Part shown: piece by piece, positions 39,324-54,289 of the stretch
Layout: every line of letters begins with the position of its first letter
Position numbering within the stretch: the first letter of the stretch is position 1
Assembly (NCBI GenBank): GCA_964016885.1
Contig: OZ024741.1
Span: 372,372,001 to 372,436,000, forward strand
Source of the DNA: Eledone cirrhosa
Taxonomy: Eukaryota
DNA length: 64,000 bases
Direction: 5' to 3'
Notes under the pieces: generated by a model
What the model was told of the DNA's origin: nothing
Database searches by the model: none
What the model saw: only the letters and a program-made list of their open reading frames with translations
Program-made: the position numbers and the translations under genes

Positions 39324-39697
39324 TGCGTGTGTGTGTGCGCGCGCGCGGGTGAGCGTGCGTCAAAACCCATACGTCAGTGATAGTCTGTGTATGAGTTTAC
39401 AAGTATAGATATGATTGTATATAATACATGTTTTCATGTTTATATCTGATGGTGCCGATTCGATATCAATATGTGCTATCTCGGACAAGTTTTTTTACAA
39501 GGGCATCGAGACGACCCAGCCTTTGTGAGTAAAACTGGGTAGACAGAAAATGTATGCCAGAGAGTAGGGTGAACTGTCCATGTAATTTACAAAACTGTTT
39601 GATTTCCGTCTACTTTTTTCGTCTTTAGGTTTACTTTATCCAATTTTCTGAAGTATTATTTATAGTGATCCCCTATTTTATTATTGCTAAACCGTTA

Positions 39698-39912
39698 AGG
39701 GCGATGGATTGTCAGTATCGGTAGAGGGTCATGCTTTGCAGCATAGAGTTACGGCCCTTTATTATTTGAGTTCAAATCCCGCCAAGGTTAACTTTGCCTT
39801 TCATCCTTACGGGGTCGATAAACTAAAGTACCAGTCGCGCACTGGGGTCGATTTAATCGATTTTCCCCTCCCCAAAAATTGCTGGCCTTGTGCCTATATA
39901 AGAGGCCATTAT
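39698..39912 (+). mobile_element. Nin/Deu-type SINE
   Basis: Colinear homolog of 8782-9000. Confidence 0.8.
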
Positions 39913-40785
39913 GGCTAATCCCTTCTGGACCAGAAGGGATTTCAATCCCTGAGTCAAAATCATTGAGAGACTTGGAAATTGATAAAGAGCAATGATGCGT
40001 CGTTCATGCGCATATCACCAAGATAGCGGCAACGTGGCCGAATGGGCTTTGAGGTGATCCAGGACAAGAGACAAGGAAACTGTGTTGATTCTCTGAAGGA
40101 TATTCGTCTTCAGGGGCCTGGACTATAGCTCCTAGCTATGGTCACTCTATAGAGTCAAATTAACTGCAGAACTTGAAGCAAGTATATATATATATACAAA
40201 TATATATACTACACAAATATATATATATATATATAAAGAATTAGTATATCTACCAACATATATATACAGATGCATACCTATGCTAGCAAATATATAGGTT
40301 TTGTCTTAGTAACTTTGTGGTTCAATGCAAGGGGATGCAGAACAATTATATGAAAGATGTAAAATAAGAAAATTATAAAAATTAACTTACTTACTAAAAT
40401 TTCACTCCAACTAATTAGTTTCTGAAAGGGAATAAACATGGTTTCCGAATGGAACACATGGAGAAAGTCCTTTCGTCGTCAGGAAGTCTATTCTCAGCTA
40501 AGTTCTCAGGCAGTGCGTGGACACAGGGAACTTATACAAAAATAATTCAGTGGATGGAAAAAAGCAAGCGAGGACTAAATTCCAGGACATTGGAAAAATC
40601 ACTGCCTACTTGGTCGGTGGCAAATTCAAAAGAATCAATCACGTGACATCGAGGTTAATCAGTGAGGAGTGGGGGTGTTAATAAGACAGTAGCCTGACTA
40701 TTACTATGAACCATAGCAGTAGTTTTGGCAAATTTTTGCTCAACAAAATAATTTGGAGATAATTATAAAGAATTAGTATATCTAC

Positions 40786-41074
<289 letters not shown>

Positions 41075-41154
41075 TGAGATGAGCAGAACAAACAAACATT
41101 AAACAATTCTTTAAATAAATTAAAAAATAATTTAAATATCTACCTGTTCATAAT

Positions 41155-41234
41155 GCTATTACCGGCGGTTTCCATTTACAAAAGATTAGAAATTCAGAGA
41201 ATCTCTAACGGAAAAGTAAAGTTCATCAGATAGC
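41155..41234 (-). ncRNA. Type I hammerhead ribozyme (element about 41071-41483 between TA tracts)
   Basis: gctat-CTGATGA-ac-tttac..ttagagattc-tct-gaatttctaa..gtaaa-tg-GAAA-cc-gcc-g-GTA-atagc. Stem I is a perfect 5 bp; the base of stem II is mismatched. Confidence 0.7.
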
Positions 41235-41510
41235 TATTTCCATCCTATAGGACTAAGTCCCACAACCAGCAAATATAATGCCAACTACCAGCTCGTATGA
41301 GTTATGGCCGTTAAAGTGACCCACACGTGAACTGGCCGCTAGTGAAAGCGGGAATATTACAGACGTGTTGATGGCTTTGCTGCTAAAAAAATAACAGTAA
41401 GCAACAACGAATTTTACTCTACATAGATTGGAGAATATATAAAAATTAGGTAAATATCTCTCTGAGTACTAAGTACCCATAGAGATATATATATATATAT
41501 ATATGTGTGT

Positions 41511-41553
<43 letters not shown>

Positions 41554-41574
41554 CATATATATATTATTTATATA

Positions 41575-41730
<156 letters not shown>

Positions 41731-41774
41731 TATTATTTATATATTTTCATACATATTGCTACATATGTATATAA

Positions 41775-42092
41775 AGGTACGTGGTTTATCGGTTAGAGAG
41801 TTGAATTCACAATCGTGAGGTTGTAAGTTTGATTCTCGGACTTTGCAATGCGCTACGTCCTTGAGCAAAACACTTTATTTCACGTTGTTCCAGTTCACTC
41901 AGCTGTAGAATTGCCACGTCACTGGTTCCAAGCCTTACCCTTGGACAACATCACTGGCGTAGAGAAGAGAGACTGGTATGCATGGACAACTGCTGGTCTT
42001 CCACAAAAACACCCTCTTCGGATTTGCGCCTCAGAGGGGTACTTTCTATGTGCAGATCCCATGGTCATTCGTGACCGAAAGAGGGGCCTTTA
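41775..42092 (+). mobile_element. tRNA-derived SINE (Meta/V-type core)
   Basis: gtccttgagcaaaacactttatttcacgttgttccagttcactcagctgtagaa; the 3' part is shared with 37280-37528. Confidence 0.75.
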
Positions 42093-42126
42093 TTTTTACA
42101 TATGTCACTAAAAGTTGAGGTTACTA

Positions 42127-42306
42127 CAGGGTGGCCACTGAAAAACTTGTCCATTTTCAATCTTTTCTTTTTTCTTTTTTTTTTTGCAGGTTATAGAACA
42201 TCCCTTGTTGCTTTTCACACATAATACTGAAAAAAATCCATTACTTATATTTCCAATAACATGTTATTTTTGTTTTATATCATTTAGTCTTTCAGTGGCC
42301 ACCCTA
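42127..42306. mobile_element. Tc1/mariner-type MITE
   Basis: Terminal inverted repeat cagggtggccactgaaa / tttcagtggccacccta, with TA on both sides. Confidence 0.8.
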
Positions 42307-42694
42307 TACCACACTTGCCGGTATCCATCGATGTAGTGGATAGTTAATTGGATCTCTCCATTCCACGGAGGCTAGTCCCCGCTACAGACATCGCTCAAGC
42401 CATTTATGTAATGTTTAGTGACATTACTTAATTTCTGCACACCGTTATTCCATTCGGGCTACCGCTGGCTGATCATAATCACAAAAACTAAAGCATTGTT
42501 TCAGAGCCGGACAATCAAATTTCTAACTCACTAGAAATCTTTTTTCTCACTAATTAACGTATAAGTGTGCACACAAATTTCTTGGATTTGTGTCTTAATA
42601 ATACAGACTTAATTAGATTATTGAGTGATTGAGAAAACGACCGAGGCTATGTCGATCCTATTCGATACGCTTCGTTTCATAAATAGACACACAC

Positions 42695-42765
<71 letters not shown>

Positions 42766-42985
42766 GCGGTCTACCCTTCGTGGTAGATTGTATCCGAAGA
42801 AGACGGTCTGATCGAACCTATATATGAAGTCTGATAGTATACAGTTATATAACTGCTATAGATCAGTCACTATGTCAATATGATCAACCCTCCGAAACGA
42901 TCGCAAAACAATGATATGAATAAGTAAAATAACTTGACTTCCTTGTTATTATTTTCATTGTTAAATTAATATCTGATATATATAT

Positions 42986-43472
<487 letters not shown>

Positions 43473-44946
43473 TTTATTTAACCTTAAACACAACTACAGA
43501 AACAAATAATGAAAAATAAAACCAAAAAACAAAAAAAACTAAACAACAAAAAAATGCTGTGGGAAAGAAAACGTTGTTCATTTATTGTGATCGAGTTACG
43601 CGATTGATAGAAAGCAGACGACACAGGAAGTATGTAAATGTTTCCTTGCAACTAGTGTCCATCTACTTAACGTCTGCCTTTCTTAAAGTCATCTTCCTTC
43701 TCCACGTATATTCATGCTATAAACTTCTCTATGTCTTCCTTCTAACTCCCAAATAGTTAAAGAGAATATTCGCTCTTTTATTTTATCTATATATTCTTTT
43801 ATATGTTATTTGTAAATAGTTTTCTCATGCCATCACTTTTATTCCAAGGATATTTCCTTTTGCCTTCCACTTATTTGCTTTTCTGTATACTTTAGCTCTT
43901 TGTTTTGATGATGCCTTTTCTTTTTTGTTTATCTCCCATTTTATAATTTCCTTTTTCTTTTTCTTTCTTCTTTATCTTTTTCATTTTACATTTTCCTTTC
44001 TTTTTTATTTACTTTATTTTTATTTTCATTTTTATTTTTATTTTTATTTTTATTTTTATTTCTTCCAGCTTCTGCCATTTTTGTACGTTTCGTTCCGTTT
44101 CTGACAAGTCGTCATTTCTTGTTTTGATTGCCACCAATAATATCCGCTGGCAACGATGTCATATTTACCCCAGCTATTACGTATGGGTAGTGTACCGACA
44201 CTGCACAGAAATAGAAGAGCGGAGAAGGAGCAGAGATACAAAAAAAAAAAAAAGCCTAAAAGAATAAAAAAGAAAATAAGAGAAAATGAGAAAAAGTAAA
44301 AAAAAAAAAATAGAAAAGAAACGAGAGAAGTATATACTTAAAAATAACAAATTGTTCACTGAACGATTGCGATCATTTTTTTTTTCTTTTCTATCATATT
44401 TTTCTTCCAACATCATCCCTTGTCGTGGCATCGAGGTGAAAGTTGTTTTTATATTCTTTAGTTTCGAAAAAAAAGCACAAAACAAAAAGAAACATGAAGA
44501 AAAGGCAACTACTAAACATTAGTCCTTTAACACAAAAGCCATGTGGTCAAAATATGCAGAGAAATAAGAAAGGCTGGGTGGAGATTTCTTGGGCATGTTC
44601 CTCTACCTCGAGAAAAGTAAAAGTTGATGTCACAGAAGTGTATCAGAAGCAATGGCGGTGTTAGTCGACTGGCTTTAGCAAGGAACCATTCTATTATATT
44701 GTAACAGCTGTTGCCAACGAAAAATTGAACCAAGATGGCTACAAAAAATTAAATTGGTGGGCAGAGAATAAGGAGGATATGTATGTTAAAAAAAGGAAAG
44801 AGTTAGGAATAAAGAAAGGAAAGGGTTGAAGAGAAGAATGAGAGGGAGGCAGAAAGAAAACGAGAGCTAGAATAATATATATATTATAGCGAGATAGAGA
44901 GAGAGAGAGAGAGAAATTTAGAGAGATATACATGCATATACAGATG

Positions 44947-45005
<59 letters not shown>

Positions 45006-45009
<4 letters not shown>

Positions 45010-45797
45010 GGAAAAAATGAAACGAAATTTCATTTCTCACTCTTAGTACGGCTGTTACTTAAATATAAGTATGTATACGTACATACATATATGTATACAG
45101 ACGTACAGTCGTATGTATATATATATACATACATGCACACATATATATATGTACGTATGGATTCACCGAACATTTATTATGATGCTCGGTGTGTTTGTAA
45201 ACAAACATCCCGAATTAAGCCGTACAGTGTCTAGCAACCATCGTTGCTCATTTGTTCAACACTGACAAAGGAACGCTGTACTAGTTTCAAGCTTATTAGC
45301 TATCGTCAGCAACGTATACCTTCCTGCCAGATGGTTGAATGTCTGAACATATATGTATGTACGTAAGCATACTTATATTTAAGTAACAGCCGTACTAAGA
45401 GTGAGAGATGAAATTTCGTTTCATTTTTTTCCGTTTATCGTTTTCGGTGCCCCGGCCGATTAACTCACTCGATATGCAAATTAGGCTGCTCAGTCGTTAA
45501 TATGCACAAGGAAAGTATATACTTTCAGACGTTCAACCATCTGGCAGGAAGGTATACGTTGCTGACGATAGCTAATAAGCTTGAAACTAGTACAGCGTTC
45601 CTTTGTCAGTGTTGAACAAACGAGCAACGATAGTTGCTAGACACTGTACGGCTTAATTCGGGATGTTTGTTTACAAACACACCGAGCATTATAATAAATG
45701 TTCGGTGAATCCATACGTACATATATATATGTGGGCATGTATGTATATATACATACTACTGTACGTCTGTATACATATATGTATGTACGTATACATA

Positions 45798-45802
<5 letters not shown>
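45006..45802. mobile_element. Family D locus: inverted partial copy (45006-45347, minus) joined to a full monomer (45348-45802, plus)
   Basis: Hammerheads at 45273-45315 (minus) and 45556-45598 (plus); period 426; (TA)n on both sides. Confidence 0.9.
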
Positions 45803-45848
<46 letters not shown>

Positions 45849-45849
45849 A

Positions 45850-45911
<62 letters not shown>

Positions 45912-46269
45912 GAGAGAGGGGGACGGTGAGTTGGATGGAGATGTAAGACTAACAAGTTTGACAAAATTGTCATAATAGCCTTAAAATATGTCATGCAGTG
46001 TACATTAAGAAGCTCATTAAAAATAATTATGCGGTGAGGAAAAGACAAATTAAGTAAATTATTTATATTATTTGAATTATTTAGGTAAATACATGTAACA
46101 AACCTGGGCGTATTAGATCACACAATAGATACTTTTTCCTCGCCGCATAATTCATTCTTATTGCTTTTCTAATGCTCACTGCATTAAATATGACCACACT
46201 AATGTGTCTTTTATTAATCTTGAGGATGGCATCCTTAAATAATTATATTCAATGCTTTATTCTCTAAAG

Positions 46270-46558
46270 CAGTCATGAGAAACCTGCGGCCCGCGAAGCT
46301 TTCTGAATGGCTCACCTAATCACCTAAGTGAAATCTTTCTGAGTTTTTTACCCCAACTTTTCAGTCGTAATTTATCTTTCTATCATTTTTACGATCGAGG
46401 AACACAACGTGTACGAATTCTGAAGAAACAAATCAAAACAACCTGAGTTACCGCCCTTTTTTTAATGTGGGCACGAATATAAATTAGCGCTTGCGGCCCA
46501 CCTGATGATGAGCCATATCTCGTGTGGCCCGCTTCTCGAAAAAGGTTGCCCATGCCTG
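46270..46558. mobile_element. hAT-Charlie-type MITE
   Basis: Ends cagtcatgagaaacct / aggttgcccatgcctg, subterminal ggcccgc, 8-bp target duplication ctctaaag/ctttaaag. Confidence 0.8.
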
Positions 46559-47095
46559 CTTTAAAGTATGTTATACATAAATAAATTTGTTGTAACAGCT
46601 TACAGTTTGCATGTTTAACCAGCCACTAATGAAGTTGCATTTCGTAGGAGGCTTCTTAGAGGTTCCCTGTACTCAAATGTCACAATTTTTCTAGTGGCCG
46701 GTGATGGGATTTGAACTCAGAACACAAATAGTTGGAACAGAAACATTCTAACAATTCAACCAATCAACAGCTCTGGACTCATACGTTAATTTATCGAGCC
46801 CCCAAAAGATGAAAAATGAAGTTTGACCTCTGTGTGGTTTGAACTCAAGGAAAAGAGTACCAGAGCAAATAGAGCAAAGCATTTTGGCATACGCTCCAAC
46901 TACTCCACAAATTCATCACATTAAACCAAATTTTGGAAACAATACATTTAAGATAAACTGTACAAAAAGATATGTACCATCGCAATAAAATTCCATACAG
47001 TAAATGCAAAAAAAAAGAAAATATATTAAATTAATGAAAAATAGAGAGGACTACATTAGTTGATAACAGTTTAAATCTATAGAGAATACTTCATA

Positions 47096-47286
47096 CGAAG
47101 GCCGGCTGAAACGTTCATAGGCTGACCAAGATACCCTCATGGAATGACCAAATGAGGTTATTTTTCGACATAGTCTATCGAAAGGAACAATGCAGTTATT
47201 AATAAGAAAAGTTGAAATGAATGCATGAAATTAATGCATGCATTACTCTTTCATAGTCAATCTATGAACTTTTCAGCATAACCTCG
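47096..47286. mobile_element. Decayed mariner-type MITE
   Basis: Imperfect terminal inverted repeat cgaaggccggctgaaacgttcataggctgac / gtcaatctatgaacttttcagcataacctcg, TA on the left. Confidence 0.6.
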
Positions 47287-47459
47287 TTAAACATGACGAA
47301 AATCTATGGAGGTTTTATTAACATCAGAATATAAACCATAAATTAACTGACAGATACAGCATAGGTAAAACTAGTTACAATGGCGGCCATACTTCAACCG
47401 TTGAGAAATTTGAAAATCAATAGTCAATTATTTTCTACAACACCCATGATCCTTTACGT

Positions 47460-47712
47460 CAGAGGTCCTCAACCGGTACCGGTCCGTGGATCATGTGCTA
47501 CTGGGCCGCAAAGAAATAATTAACCTGTTTAAAATTATATAATAGATAAATTGAATATTGGACTTTAATTTCAAAAGATTTGTTTAAATATTTAGTATTT
47601 ATCTACTTTAATAGATTGCTCTTTTTATTATTGCTCTCTTTATCAAAATGATCTTAAATAACACTTATGTGCAACTGCCGGTCCCTGGTATCAAAAATGT
47701 TGGAGACTACTG
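47460..47712. mobile_element. hAT-Charlie-type MITE
   Basis: Ends cagaggtcctcaac / gttggagactactg, subterminal ccggtcc, perfect 8-bp target duplication ctttacgt. Confidence 0.85.
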
Positions 47713-48093
47713 CTTTACGTGACCAATACGCCTCGGGGATAACTATCCTGATTCTGGAGATGAGGCTGTGAAAGCCTTGAAACACTAATACATACATGGA
47801 TTTAGGAATGGTATTGTTGCAAAATATGTATAAAGAACGAATAAGAAAATACGAAATATCCTTCATAAAATGACGAAATTGGAGCACAGTCCTATTTTTA
47901 GCCCCCCCCCCCTCTCTCTCTCTCCATCTCTCTCTCTTTCACTCTCTCTTTCTCTCTATCTCTCTCTTTCTATCTCTCTCTCTCTATCTATATATCTATA
48001 TATATACATAGACCCCCCCACACACACACAAACACAGACACACACACACACAAACATACACATATATATATATATGTGTGTGTGTGTGTATAA

Positions 48094-48127
<34 letters not shown>

Positions 48128-48177
48128 ATAAATATATGTGTGTGTGTATATATATATGTATGTGTGTATATATATAT

Positions 48178-48216
<39 letters not shown>

Positions 48217-48555
48217 CATGGATTTTAAATTGAAGACGTCGTGAAAAGTTTATACCAACAATGACGTAAATGCCAAAACCAGCCAATCAAATGTTCCTAT
48301 TTTTAAGCCACCATTAAACATTTATCACAGAAAGGATTCTGAGATTTACATTTTCGAATGTCTAACGCGATAACTAAAGAGAAACGCCAGACTTGCTTTT
48401 TATATTCCAACCCATAACCCTATTAGAAACCCCTTCTTCTCTTATCAGTTCTACCACATATTCAGATACGCGGGTGCGCAAACACACACATATATATAAA
48501 CACATATTTGTAAACAAATATGTATACATATACATATATGTGTGTGTATAATATC

Positions 48556-48593
<38 letters not shown>

Positions 48594-48595
<2 letters not shown>

Positions 48596-48862
48596 GAGAC
48601 ACGTAGCCTAGTGGTAAGGGTGTTGGACTTAAGATCATTATGTCATAGGTTCGATTCCTGGGTTGGGTGTTGTGTTCTTGAGCAAAACACTTCATTTCAC
48701 GTTGCTCCAGTATTCTCAGCTGAAAATGAGTACCAGCAATAGCTGGGGTTTTAACCCTGCGATGGACTGACGTCCTGCCCAGGGGTTAGTCTTGTGCTCT
48801 CAGTTGCTTCACGCCATGAAACCGGGATAAGCACCGGCCAAATGAGACTTATGGCTTAAGAC
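48594..48862 (+). mobile_element. tRNA-derived SINE (Meta/V-type core)
   Basis: tagcctagtgg A box, ggttcgattcc B box, core ttgtgttcttgagcaaaacactt. Confidence 0.75.
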
Positions 48863-49120
48863 ATACATTAGATACATAGATTTTCTATATATATATATAT
48901 ATATAGATATATATATATAGATATATATATATATATATATATCTAACGCGAAATGTTAGATATTTATATGTTCATTCTGTCATTACAACAGCAGAGGTCC
49001 AACGAGCTTTTGATTCCAGAATCAGGCCAGATCGATATAGATCGAACCTTGAACTGATCAATAGCGAAACGCGCGTCACCAATCAATAAACGTAATGAAG
49101 GATTAACAAATCGTTAATTA

Positions 49121-49298
49121 GATTGGCAGTATCGGTAGAGAGTCGGACTCCATGCTTTGACGCATAGAGTACGGCCCTTGTTCAAATCCCGCCAAGGTTA
49201 ACTTTGCCTTTCATCCTTACTGGGTCGATAAAATAAAGTACCAGTAATGCAATTGAATAATTGCTGGCCTTGTGCCAAAAGTAGAAACAATTATTGTT
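49121..49298 (+). mobile_element. Nin/Deu-type SINE
   Basis: Homolog of 8782-9000 with internal deletions. Confidence 0.75.
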
Positions 49299-49711
49299 AT
49301 ATTCACCAGATTTCTGCCAGAGGAGAATATTACCTAGAATCATTATCATCATCATTGGCACCACAGTCGAACATTCCTGACAAAGTCTCTCCACAATTCA
49401 CAAGTTTCCATTTCTCCTGGCAACTACTCCCTATTAAGATTTTTATCGCCTGAGAGTTGATCGATAAAGGTTCAAGCAGGTCTTCCTCTACTGCATTTCC
49501 TGTGAGTTAGTTCCCATAAACTTGTGTATAACTTCCTGCTTACTTCTCCAGCAATGTCCTGCAAATCATAACCGCCTTTGAACAGTTGTAATGCACTGGG
49601 ATAATTGCTGGCCTTGTACCAAAAGTAGAAATAATTATTATATTATTATTATTATGGCGGGATTGGCAGTATCGGCAGAGGGTTTGACGCCATGTTTTAC
49701 AGCCAAAGGTT

Positions 49712-50433
49712 ACGGCTGAGCAGCCTAATTTGCATATCGAGTGAGTTAATCGGCCGGGCGCACCGAAAACGATAAACGGAAAAAATGAAACGAAATTTCA
49801 TTTCTCACTCTTAGTACGGCTGTTACTTAAATATAAGTATGTATACGTACATACATATATGTATACAGACGTACAGTAGTATGTATATATATATATATAC
49901 ATACATGCAAACACACATATATATATATATGTACGTATGGATTCACCGAACAGTTATTATAATGCTCGGTGTGTTTGTAAACAAACATCACGAATTAAGC
50001 CGTACAGTGTCTAGCAACCATCGTTGCTCATTTGTTCAACACTGACAAAGGAACTTTGTAGTTAATATGCATAAGGAAAGTATATACTTTCAGACGTTCA
50101 ATCATCTGGCAAGAAGGTATACGTTGCTGACGATAGCTAATAAGCTTGAAAATAGTACAGCGTTCCTTTGTCAGTGTTGAACAAATGAGCAACGATGGTT
50201 GCTAGACACTGTACGGCTTAATTCGGGATGTTTGTTTACAAACACACCGAGCATTATAATAAATGTTCGGTGAATCCATACGTACATATATATATATGTG
50301 TGCATGTATGTATATATATATACATACTATTGTACGTCTGTATACATATATGTATGTACGTATACATACTTATATTTAAGTAACAGCCGTACTAAGAGTG
50401 AGAAATGAAACTTCGTTTCATTTTTTCCGTTTA

Positions 50434-50434
<1 letters not shown>
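49712..50434. mobile_element. Family D locus: fold-back, minus arm 49712-50060 and plus arm 50061-50434
   Basis: Both arms read through the monomer junction; hammerhead at 50121-50163. Confidence 0.9.
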
Positions 50435-50464
<30 letters not shown>

Positions 50465-50728
50465 ATATATAGATATATATGTGTGTGTGTATATACATAC
50501 ACACACATTTACGCATACACATATTTATTAAACAATATATATGTATGTGCATGTGTGTATATATATTTGTATATATGTGTGTGTGTGAAGAAGCATGGCT
50601 TATTGGTCTGGGTATTCGGCTCATGGTCGTAAGGTGGTGCGTTCGATTTCCGACGGTGCGTTGTGTTCTTGAGTAAGACACTTTATTTCACGTTACTCCA
50701 ATCTTTTCGGTTGGCAAAATTGAGTTGG

Positions 50729-52143
50729 ACCTCCACCACCACCACTACCATCACCACCTCCACCACCACTACCATCACCACCTCCACCACCACTACCATC
50801 ACCACCTCCACCACCACTACCATCACCACCACCACCACCACTACCATCACCACCTCCACCACCACTACCATCACCGCCACCGCAACCACCACCACTACAA
50901 CTACCACAACCGCCGCCACTACCATCACCACCTCCACCACCACTACCATCACCGCCACCGCAACCACCACCACTACAACTACCACAACCGCCGACACCAC
51001 CATCACCACCACCACCAACAACACCATCATTATTACCATCAGCACCACAATCGCCACTACCGCATCCACCACCACTACTACCACAGCCACCACAACCACC
51101 ATTACCACCACCACCACCACCACCACCACCACAACCACCACTACCACTACCACCTAACCCACCACCACCTCTGCCACCGCCATTACTACCACTACTACCA
51201 TTACCACGTCATCCACCAACGCTACCTCCACCACCTCCACTACCACCACTACCACTACCACTACTACCACCACCACCACCACAACAACAACAAGACTCAC
51301 CACTACCGCTATCACTATCACCACTACCACCACCACCGCCATAACCACCACAACCACCACTACCACCACAACAACAACAACAAGACTCACCACTACCGCT
51401 ATCACTATCACCACTACCACCACCACCGCCATAACCACCACAACCACCACTACCACAACCACTGATGGTTGTGGTGGCGATAGTGATGGTGATGGTGGTG
51501 ATGTTATTGTTGTTGATAGTGATGGTGATGGTGATGGTGGTGGTGATGGTGGTGGTGATGGTGGTGGTGTTGGTGGCGATAGTGGTGGTGATGGTGGTGG
51601 GTAATGTGGTGTGATCGTGGTGGTTGAGGTAGTGTTGGTGGTGTTGGCAGCGATGGAGGTAGCGTTGATGCGTGACGTGGTAGTGGTGGTGGTGGTGGTG
51701 GTGGTAATGGGGGTGTTGGTGGTGTTGGTAGTGGTGGAGTTAGCGTTGGTGGGTGACTTGCTAGTGGTGGTGGTGGTGGTGGTGGTGGTGGTGGTGGTGG
51801 TAATGGGGGTGTTGGTGGTGTTGGTAGTGGTGGAGTTAGCGTTGGTGGGTGACTTGCTAGTGGTGGTGGTGGTGGTGGTGGTGGTGGTAATGGGGGTGTT
51901 GGTGGTGTTGGTAGTGGTGGAGTTAGCGTTGGTGGGTGACTTGCTAGTGGTGGTGGTGGTGGTGGTGGTGGTAATGGGGGTGTTGGTGGTGTTGGTAGTG
52001 GTGGAGTTAGCGTTGGTGGGTGACTTGCTAGTGGTGGTGGTGGTGGTGGTAATGGGGGTGTTAGTGGTGTTGGTAGTGGTGGAGGTAGCGTTGGTGGGTG
52101 ACGTGGTAGTGGTGGCGACAGTGGTGGTGGTGGTGTTGTGGTG
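50729..52143. repeat. (ACC)n-rich tract followed by an inverted (GGT)n-rich minisatellite
   Basis: Strand composition flips at about 51463; explains the poly-T/H/V ORFs. Confidence 0.9.
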
Positions 52144-52469
52144 ATTCAGTCTATTAAGTATCAGTTGAAATTATAAATGACCACTTACAGGTTTCTAGAT
52201 TTCACTTGGAAGTTATTTATTATATTGGAGAGAGACTTACGGAGTATAATCGCCGTCATTAGCACCTGCTATGTTCTCTCTCACACTCTCTCTTTCACTA
52301 CCTCTCACTCTCTCTCACACTCTCTCTCACACACACACTCTCTCGCACTACCTCTCACTCTCACTCTCTCTCTCTCTTCCCTTCTCTCACTTTCTCTTTC
52401 TCCCCCCCCCCTATCTATTTCGGTTTCTGTGATTTTTTTTATTTGTATAGATACATACTAACAAACAAA

Positions 52470-52556
<87 letters not shown>

Positions 52557-52752
52557 GTATACAAATAAACATATACATATGCATATATATATATCGTATT
52601 ATATTATATTTTTATATATATATATATTTATAGATATTATATATATATATATATATTCTATACCAAGCATTGAAATCAAACACATACTCAAGTACACAAG
52701 TGTCTGTGATATAAAGATTGTTTAAGCAGAATATCATGAAAATAAATACCTT

Positions 52753-52974
<222 letters not shown>

Positions 52975-53047
52975 TATATATATATATATTAAAACACACC
53001 CATGTACACGCACACACACACACACACTTATACATACATACATACAT

Positions 53048-53653
53048 GGTGGCTGCCAACTCGTTTTCGAGTACGGCCACTACTTTATATCTATGTAGGA
53101 GAACCCCTGACGATGCGCTGAACGAGTGTGACTTTTTAGTCCAGCCAGCGACTTGAAAACTCTGGTACAAACACTACACTTGTGACAATTATTGACACAC
53201 AGTGCTGGGCCCATGGTACCATGTGACGACAAGTGCAGAGAGATCTCCAGATATAAAGCAATGCCTGTGCCGTGAAGCTTTTATAGTGAGCAAAGGCACT
53301 GCACAAAGCCAGTCCCACTCTCTTAACCATGATGATATTTACCAAAAAGAAGAACAAGTCAACATCATTGGATACCATCAGAGTTGCAGATGTTATATCA
53401 GAGTTTTCCTTCTCCTAGAATTCTGCCTTGACAAAGGCTAAGGGGTCATCTCTCCCGGTGATTTTGGATGGCCATTGACTCTTAAGAGCTCCTTTGCCCT
53501 TTGACAGGTTTTGTTTTTAGTCCTGCAGGATGTCCAAAGTTACCCTCCTCACCAAGAAACCTTGGTGGGGTTGCCAGTTTAGTCGCCAACGACCCGACCA
53601 TGAGACAGGTTGTACTGGGATACATGTTACCAGTAGCACCAACTGGTGACCTG
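53048..53653 (-). mobile_element. 606-bp non-autonomous RTE-derived element in (ACAT)n
   Basis: Near-identical to 62635-63240; contains the domain shared with the RTE 5' UTR at 1550-1745. Confidence 0.85.
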
Positions 53654-53939
53654 ACATACATACATACATACATACATACATACATGCTTATATATACGTC
53701 TCGGGTTCGATCCTACTTAATAGCATCCTGGACAAGTGTCATTTACCAGGAGCAATTTGTTCCGGCTAGGCCAGTATTGGAACAACTCCTCCATTATACA
53801 GTGGTGGCCATAACTGGACGACGAAACATAAGGTTAAGTGTATGAAATTTTGATTATACTAAATAAGGTCTGTTGCAATAGATTGAGCATTGTTTTCTTT
53901 GGCTTTTTATTTACGGATGTCCTGCATATATACACACAT

Positions 53940-54018
<79 letters not shown>

Positions 54019-54019
<1 letters not shown>

Positions 54020-54219
54020 AGGAACGAGTAGGACCCCGACGGCTGAGCTCAAGCCTTTTCGACGGCTAATTCTGGACTCTAATGTCCAGAATTAGCCGTC
54101 GAAACGGCTTGAGCTCAGCCGTCGGGGTCCTACTCGTTCCTATTACCCACTCTACTACCCTAAGTATTGAGTACTTTGGTGTGTTATGGTCCACCTGGTT
54201 CCTTACCACATTTCCTTCG

Positions 54220-54221
<2 letters not shown>
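54019..54221 (+). mobile_element. Fold-back family A copy with 59-bp arms
   Basis: 54019-54077 pairs with 54084-54142 (one mismatch), followed by the shared tail and (TA)n. Confidence 0.9.
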
Positions 54222-54280
<59 letters not shown>

Positions 54281-54289
54281 CTGTCATAC

